Assembly (NCBI RefSeq): GCF_006345805.1
Contig: NC_043006.1
Span: forward strand, 32,240,001 to 32,304,000
DNA from: Octopus sinensis
Taxonomy: Eukaryota
DNA: 64,000 bases
Direction of reading: 5' to 3'
Every line of letters starts with the position of its first letter. The stretch's first letter is position 1. The translations under genes and the position numbers were made by a program. This document shows, one piece after another, positions 56,773-64,000 of the stretch. The notes under the pieces are model-generated. The model ran no database searches, was not told where the DNA came from, and was given only the letters and a program-made list of their open reading frames with translations.

Positions 56773-57020
56773 GTTATTATTATTATTATTATTATTTAGG
56801 TCACTGCCTGGAATCGAACTCGGAATCTTGGGGATAGTAGCCCGCGCTCTTAACCAATACACCATATGCTTGTGGGCATATGGCGTAGAGAAGCGGGCCG
56901 CAAGGCTGGAGGGTATATCAGTCGAAACGTTGTGTTAACAACAAACAAGATGAGGACAAATATCCGTCAAATGTAAATAATGTAAATAATGTACATAATT
57001 CCTCATCTCTTAAATATATA
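56590..57020 (-). mobile_element. Second copy of the tRNA-head/(AAT)n/HHR composite element
   Basis: tRNA head at ~56798-56870 (-); (ATT)n at 56723-56796; HHR tail at 56590-56720 (-), damaged; inverted tail copy at 56901-57020. Confidence 0.85.
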
Positions 57021-57241
57021 ACCTTTCGTTACCGTATTTCTTTTGAGATGCTCTGTGTTTCAATTAATTTTAGATATAACAAAGAATTTAGTAAAAAACT
57101 TAGTTATCATTAAGCTAGTGTTAGGAACATAAATTGTGATTAAGGTTTGGTGGAAGATTTTAATTCAAAACTTATGAAAACAAGACGTTCGTACTACAGA
57201 ACCAGAGTTGGTTTCAGTCGGGTTGATATCGAAAGGATTAA
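57019..57241. mobile_element. piggyBac-like MITE, decayed
   Basis: Ends TAACCTTTCGTTACC / GATATCGAAAGGATTAA approximate TTAA-flanked TIRs. Confidence 0.45.
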
Positions 57242-57269
57242 TAAAAGAGTATGAGAGTACTGAATAATA

Positions 57270-57700
57270 ATGGTTTCAAAATTTGGAACAAGTCCAGCGG
57301 CTTTTTGATGGGGGGGGGAGGGCTAAGTTGATTACATCAACCCCAGAACATAACTGGGACTTATGAAAGGATAAAAGGCAAAGTCAGTCTGTGCGATATT
57401 TGAACTCAGAGTATAAAGACATAGGAAATACCGCAAATCATTTTCTCAGGTGTGTTAACGGTTCTGCTGGATCGCCGCCTTAAAGAGCACTGAATAATAT
57501 TAGAGTCGGAGTAAAGCCGGTAAGCTGGACAAAATGTTTAGAGGCCTTTCGTCTGGCCTTATGCTCTGAGTTCAAATTATGCTAAGGCCAACTTTGCTAT
57601 TCACCCTTTCAGGTTAGACAAAATAAGTACCAGTCATGTACTGGGGTCGATGTAAATGACAAGCCCCACCCCCACTTCAAAAAATTCAGGCCTTGTTCCT
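57270..57700. mobile_element. Two head-to-head SINE family B copies
   Basis: 57270-57480 (-) and 57505-57700 (+) resemble 48560-48797. Confidence 0.65.
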
Positions 57701-57799
57701 GTTGCGTTAAAACACCAATTGTCGCCGTAATGTATGTATTTTTGAGAATACGGCATATGAGTGAGTCTTGTATGTGTGCAACTCACTGTCTCGTTTCAT

Positions 57800-58018
57800 C
57801 TGTTTACTTGTTTCAAGTATTGGACTGCGGCCATGCTGGGGCACCGCGTTGAAGAGTTCTAGTGGAACAAATCAACCCCAGTACTTGTATTTTTAATTCC
57901 GGTACTTACTCCAGCAAACGCTTTTGCCAAAGTTACGGGGATATAAAGAAACCATTACCGGTTGCCAAGCTGTGTGGAGACAAACACAGATACAAAGACA
58001 CACATACACACACGCATG

Positions 58019-58056
<38 letters not shown>

Positions 58057-58420
58057 TAGATAATCCAAACAAGAAAGCACAAAAGAACACAACAACGCGA
58101 GGACGTGGAACAAATATAGTATTATTGGACGCTCAAGAAAGAAGGAAAGAAGGAGGGTATAACGTTTCGAGCGGAGCTCTTCGTCAGAAATATAGAAGGA
58201 AAGATCCAGAGAAGGGAAGACAGAGGAAAAAAATCGCCAACGGTACACACAAGACACACATGACAGACTTCCACGGAGTTTCTGTCTACCAAATTCCCTT
58301 ACAAGGCATTGATGAGCCCGTGCTGTTGTAGAAGACACTTGTAGAACACACTTGCCCAAGGTGTCGCGTGGCAGAACTGGACCAGAAAGCACTTAGCTAC
58401 AAAGTGAGTTTCTTAACACC
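57800..58420 (-). mobile_element. SINE family A carrying an HHR-bearing insert (58020-58260) in its internal microsatellite
   Basis: SINE halves at 57800-58020 and 58260-58420; the insert has CTGACGA-A-GAGC-tcc-GCTC-GAAA-CGTT on the minus strand (58160-58187). Confidence 0.75.
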
Positions 58421-60477
58421 AAAATTGTTTAACGTAGATCAGAAATGCAAAATTCTTACTAAAGCTCTCCGATTTTCGATTAAAACATGAGAATTATACA
58501 AGAGTTTGGGATCATGATGCGAGTTTTATTGCCACTTCTTTTACTGGTAGGCCAATCGTTCCTTTATTACGTCCACTGAAGGCTATGTGCCGAACAAGAA
58601 ACTTAATCCAACAATAAATTTATATTATTGGAAGATAAAGTTTTAATGATTGGTAGCTTTGATTCCTATGAAAATTAGTCGGAACACGAAAGATAATTCC
58701 CTACAGTAACACTTGTAGTAGCGTAGTCAATTCTTACCACGTTTATAATTCTTAATTAGATTGATATTGTATCCAAGAGGACAGAGATTTGATATCCACG
58801 GCATTTGATAGCAATGGCAGTGCATAAATTTATTTTTAACATGGAAATGTGCAAAAAATATTGGAAAATGATTTTCGTTTGAGTTTATTTCTTATCAGTT
58901 TTGGCTCCACTTATTTTTCTTTCGCTCCGCACAACTGCAGCCATTCTTTTACCATGGATCCAGTTTCCTTTGGTAATGTTAAAAGTTGGCTGCTCTTGTC
59001 GCAGATCGGAACTGATTGCGCAGACATGGTATATTGGTTCTAGCCAGCAGATCTGTTGCTCCAGATATACTATATCTTTGTCAAGCTACGATACTGCCAC
59101 ACTGAGATAAACAGCTGTTACTCGGATGAGGTTCAGTACGACAGTCTTAATATACTTAACTCTATCCCCTGTCCCCTCTGGAACTCCGTCGCTTTCGACG
59201 ACCAGGGTTCTAGTTCACCCGATCAATAGAACATCCTCCAAGTAGCTGAGCACTCCACAGACACTCGTGCTCTTAACGTAGTTCGCAGAGAGATACAGCG
59301 TGACCACCCAGGTACTGGGGTCAATGCAATCGACTTGTCCTCCTCACCTCAAAATTGCTGCCTTTGAAGCCCACGATGGACCGGTGTCCTGTTCAAGGGC
59401 CATGTTGTGAATTCTCTTACTTATAGGCCATGGAAACCACCTAACCGGTCTTATGCGTCCCAGGTCTCAAGAAAAGGAAAAGAGAAAAAAAGGGAGATTA
59501 GTGAAATGCTATAAACAAAATGTCTTGCAATCTTTAGTTGCCTTAGTCTTGTTCTGAGGTTTCGACTTTGCTCTGCATTATTTCGGCGTCCGTAAAATAT
59601 ATGCCAGTCAAGTTCTGAGTGAGGAATATAACCGTCGCCTAAATTTGAAGCATTTTTACCAATGTTAAATCAGTTTTATGCGTTGGGTAAATAATCAGCT
59701 GCCTAATTCGACCTTAGCATAATTCTGTAACTACAGTGTATCTTTCCTGATGACTAAAGATTGTTTTCGCATTCTTACTAACGACACTTACCAAATGTCT
59801 GCTAATGATATCTTGTAACTCTCATCTGCTAATGATATTTCTTAATTCCTTTCTATTAAAATAAACTTAGGAATGGCAGAATGAAACAGAGTTTCTTTTT
59901 CCTTTTTCTCTTACAAAAATGAGGAAGACCATGTTTGTAAAAAAATGCCACGCGTCTTAACTAAATATTTATTTGACAGCAGCATAAAAAAAAAGCTAAA
60001 TAAGACATCAACTAACTGAAGTATATCCAGCATCGTTGGTCTGAACATCCACGGTATCTTTCTCTCCTCGCTGTTCGCTCACTGCTTGAATATAAAGCAG
60101 TTTATTATATTATTCTAAAATCAAGATAAAATAACTTCAATATACTACTATATTATACTGCTACAAAGCAGGTTATTATATAAATTTAAAAACGCTTTTC
60201 TTTTTGAATTAGAATATGTCAGACATTTTAAAAGAATTATTATATGATATTCGCAGTTCCTGAAAAATCATTTGGCGACTATATGTGTTTTTAAATATTT
60301 TTTCGTGTGGTTTCGTCTTGTTTATAGCTATTTTAATGAGCGGTGTTGTTTATGAATCCCAGTGATGCGTAAGTCGTTGATTTTGTTATTATTGCTTCTG
60401 ATTTAAAACTAAACTGCATAAGAAAAATTTCAATGTTGACAGTATCTCAGAAGCAGATTAGATCTCTTTATAACCCC

Positions 60478-60557
<80 letters not shown>

Positions 60558-61002
60558 ATATACACAACATACACATACATACATACATACATACATACAT
60601 ACATACCTTCTGTCTTGGAAAGCTCGTTATACCAATAATAATAAAAACACGCACTGGTTCAGTGTCACTTCTTTATTGTTAGTCAAATATTCAAAAGAGA
60701 TACATTAAAAAAATATATCTCAAGAATTCAATCACTACTACCATCCACAACAAGTCACTTTCAGGGCACTTGACCATTTAACATCCTACTACTATCATAG
60801 CACTTGTGCATTCTTCTTCTTCTTCTTCTTCTTCTTCTTCTCTGCCAAGAATTCACAATAACCGCGAAGCCACAAGAGTAAACATGAGAGACAGAGAAGG
60901 CAGAAACAAGGAAAATGCCCCTTGTATTTGAATGGCATGCAAAATATTTTTTTTAAATACTTTTCATTTAATTTTTCCAAATTTTAATTGTTTTCCATAC
61001 TT

Positions 61003-61040
61003 GCAGTTGAAAAAGTCTCAATGACCGAAACCGGTACTGA
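61003..61040 (+). ncRNA. Decayed minimal hammerhead
   Basis: CAG-TTGAAAA-aGTC..GACc-GAAA-CCG-GTA-CTG; two core mismatches, palindromic ACCGGT. Confidence 0.45.
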
Positions 61041-61159
61041 AATGCTTTTTATAAAATTATTTTAGCATTTTCTACTTTGATTTTTTCCATCTCTTTCTCT
61101 CTCCCCCTCTCTCTCTCCCCCTCTCTCTCTCTCTATATATATATATATTATATATATAT

Positions 61160-61207
<48 letters not shown>

Positions 61208-61450
61208 TTCGAAACGTAGAGTAGATGAAACCATGGCGACTGAAGAAGGGTTTTTTTTCCTTGTGTTATTTGTCCTGTACTCTATTTTTTTGTTGTTTAA
61301 GAAAAATGTCCAGTTCCTTGGGTTTGTGTCTATGTTTTCGTTTCCCATTGTGTTCGACGTTTTTTTGGTGTCCTGTACTTATATATGCGTGTATATATAC
61401 ATGTAAAGGTAGGTACTACATATATGTATATATATATGCATATGTTTTAT
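61208..61450 (+). mobile_element. 5'-truncated pLTR-like repeat with a rearranged HHR core (family 2), between (TA)n tracts
   Basis: TTC-GAAA-CGTAGAG-TAGATGAAAC..-CTGAAGA-AGGG; shares GAGTAGATGAAAC and the core order with 11-96 (-). Confidence 0.55.
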
Positions 61451-61472
61451 TTATTAATATATTATATATATA

Positions 61473-61529
<57 letters not shown>

Positions 61530-62498
61530 AGATTAGCAGGCTTGGCGATCGATTTTCAGTTAAAGCTTGCTGCAGGGGCATCCCGGGGCGGTTTGTGTAA
61601 AAAATACTGACAGTTTTGAGAGTGCCATGAAGAGAAAGGAAAACAGCCGATTGCAGGTTTGGGAGGCAGCGGAAAGAGCACTTTGTTCGCTTTTTACAAT
61701 GTCTTTGTTTCTTTAGCTGCATTCTCCCAGCCATAAACTTTCAAATACTTAATACTTTATAGCTACCTACCTAAAAACACATCAATTCCACTTCTAGTAA
61801 TCCTTTCTATGTTTCAACATTGATTTATTCCCTGTCCCTCTTCTTAAACACGCCACACTCCAATTAAAAGTATCCAATGTCACTCTTTAGAATTTTTACC
61901 ATCCTTGGTCGTCCTACGATTTCAAACAATTTTCTTTCTTCTTAATTCAAAGATCGGTATTTAAGAGAAGTTGCCATACCAATCCACAGTTTCAGTATGT
62001 GTTGTTCAATGAAACTTCGAGATCACTGTCAATAAAATTGCAAGATAGTAAATCAGCTTGAATATAAACGACAATACTCCTTCCCCAAATTGAGGCCTTG
62101 TAATAAGTTTCGTTCTTGAGGGGGCGTTTAATTCGATGTCAAAATAATCCTGCGACTACAGAACATGGTTCTGTATTAGCACTACACGTTGAGTTCGCCG
62201 TCCTGGTTGTGACACTTACTTAATGTCTGGTTATGACATCTGGTAATTCCCTTTAGATTTCTATTCAATTAAAAATTCAACTAAACAGAGTTTCTTTTTA
62301 GTTTTCTGTCAGAATATTAATACGTAGAAGACTTTGTGAAAATTTGTCAGACGTCTAAACCAAATGTTACACCCACACACCCACACACACAAACGACTTT
62401 GTATATATACATGTTTGTATACATATATTTAAATATACGTATGAAAATATGTATATATAATATGCATAGATATATATTTACACACATATAGACACATT

Positions 62499-62559
<61 letters not shown>

Positions 62560-63584
62560 GCTCGAGTTACATACAATTGAAGAATTAGACTTTTCTGTTA
62601 TATTTTCTGTAATGAACTGGAATACCTATGCTTCGAATTTCATCAAAATTGCAGATGAGGGTTATTTCCCACTTTACACACCCAAACAAAATTGTAATCG
62701 AGCCACATGTATCCCATACTCCTGATTTTTATGCGCATATTCCAAAATTCCAGTCTTATAGAACCTGTTAAAAGGATTTTGATCTTGAAAAATGGAGGTC
62801 ATGGTGCTCTAAAATGTGAGAATTAACGCCCGTATTGGGGGTGGGCATCTTAATGCCAACAAAAGAAGTTGAATTGTTGAGAATCTTTTTAACTTGGGTC
62901 TTATATCTATTGTTTGAATTTCTTTGAAATATGAAATATATGTTCACTGGGTTTGTAAAAGAGAGCAAAGCTACAGGAAACCAAAAGATGAATGATCACA
63001 ATAAGCAGTCAGCTAGAGTACCCTAGTCGTTACCACTCCCAATGTAGTATTCTTCACCATCAAGGTGACATGTACGGCCGTAAGATGCATTACGAATCTA
63101 TAGCAATTGGAAGGGCGTGACCCAACTGAAATAAACATTAACAACTGTGTGACGTGAGGGCTAAGGAGAAATGAAAGTTGGAGTTTGCAAATTACCACTA
63201 TACTGATACGTAACTGGATATAATAAATATACAACCTATAAATGTCTTTGAATAACCAGTCACTCATCTGGGAAGGTCTTGAAATCAATGTTACCATCTG
63301 GGGACTATGTGTGACCCAGTGATAATAAAAAGACAGAAAGGAGATCTGCAATCAAATAACTTTACTCAACACTTTGCAACTGAATCAGTGGAGGAAAAGA
63401 TGCCTATCATTTACTTGACAATTTATGCAGCACATTGCAGAAATCACAATCTAAGTGTATGCCAAAGTAAACTGTTACACTGTTGTATCATTGAATTACA
63501 AATAATGCTCATCTTCTATGCTTGGATGGCCCCACAGCTTCCAAGAACACAACTATTCGTCTTTGCTTAGATAAAATGACAAAA

Positions 63585-63950
63585 TTGTGGGTGTTAAGTC
63601 CCCATGAAGGGGTCATTGTAACTTGTAAGAAATGAAATTTTATAAATATTACTTCATTTGTATCTAATATCTATGGTTAAAATTTCATCAACAGCAAAAA
63701 TATATGAATTGTCATGGGGGTTGTGGCCCTTATGCATAGAATATAATTCCCAAATTTCGTAAAGATCCATTCAGACTTAGTTTTGGATCATAAAAGAAAT
63801 GACTAAAATTTGGGAGTTAAGGCCCCCATTAGGGTGTCTTAGAATCCTCATGTGAAGTGGAAACTTTGAGAACACTTCTTGATGTGTGTCAATTACCCAC
63901 GGTTGAAATTTCATCAACATCGAAAATTTATGAAATTTCATGGGGGGTTC
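63585..63950. repeat. Degenerate ~226-bp tandem repeat
   Basis: GGTT.AAATTTCATCAACA..AAAA.TATGAA.T.TCATGGGGG at ~63675 and ~63901; a second motif repeats at ~63590 and ~63812. Confidence 0.55.
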
Positions 63951-64000
63951 TGTCCCCTTTAAGCCATCTGAAATTCAAACCAAGCACTTTGCATTATGCC

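Overview
AT-rich, microsatellite-saturated animal DNA. The tRNA-derived SINEs and repeat style suggest an octopus or other cephalopod; this is inference. No convincing host protein-coding gene was found, and almost all ORFs in the supplied track are simple-repeat artefacts. The window is a nest of decayed or recent transposons: Penelope-like elements (RT YRDD + GIY-YIG), R4/Dong-like RLE LINEs in (TAA)n and (CATA)n, RTE LINEs, Merlin, mariner, hAT, Helitrons, MITEs and many SINEs. The main signal is at the RNA level: about 15-18 hammerhead-ribozyme (HHR) motifs from several unrelated repeat families. (i) Two repeat families carry HHR strands in a scrambled, non-circularly permuted order. (ii) A tRNA-head/(AAT)n/HHR SINE-like element has a 13-bp TSD and a Penelope-style 5' inversion. 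(iii) There is a retrozyme-like ~323-bp unit. (iv) An 8-kb Penelope palindrome has ~2.9-kb arms made mostly of CA/TA simple sequence and ending in HHRs. All ribozyme calls come from base-pairing read by eye; none was computed or tested.
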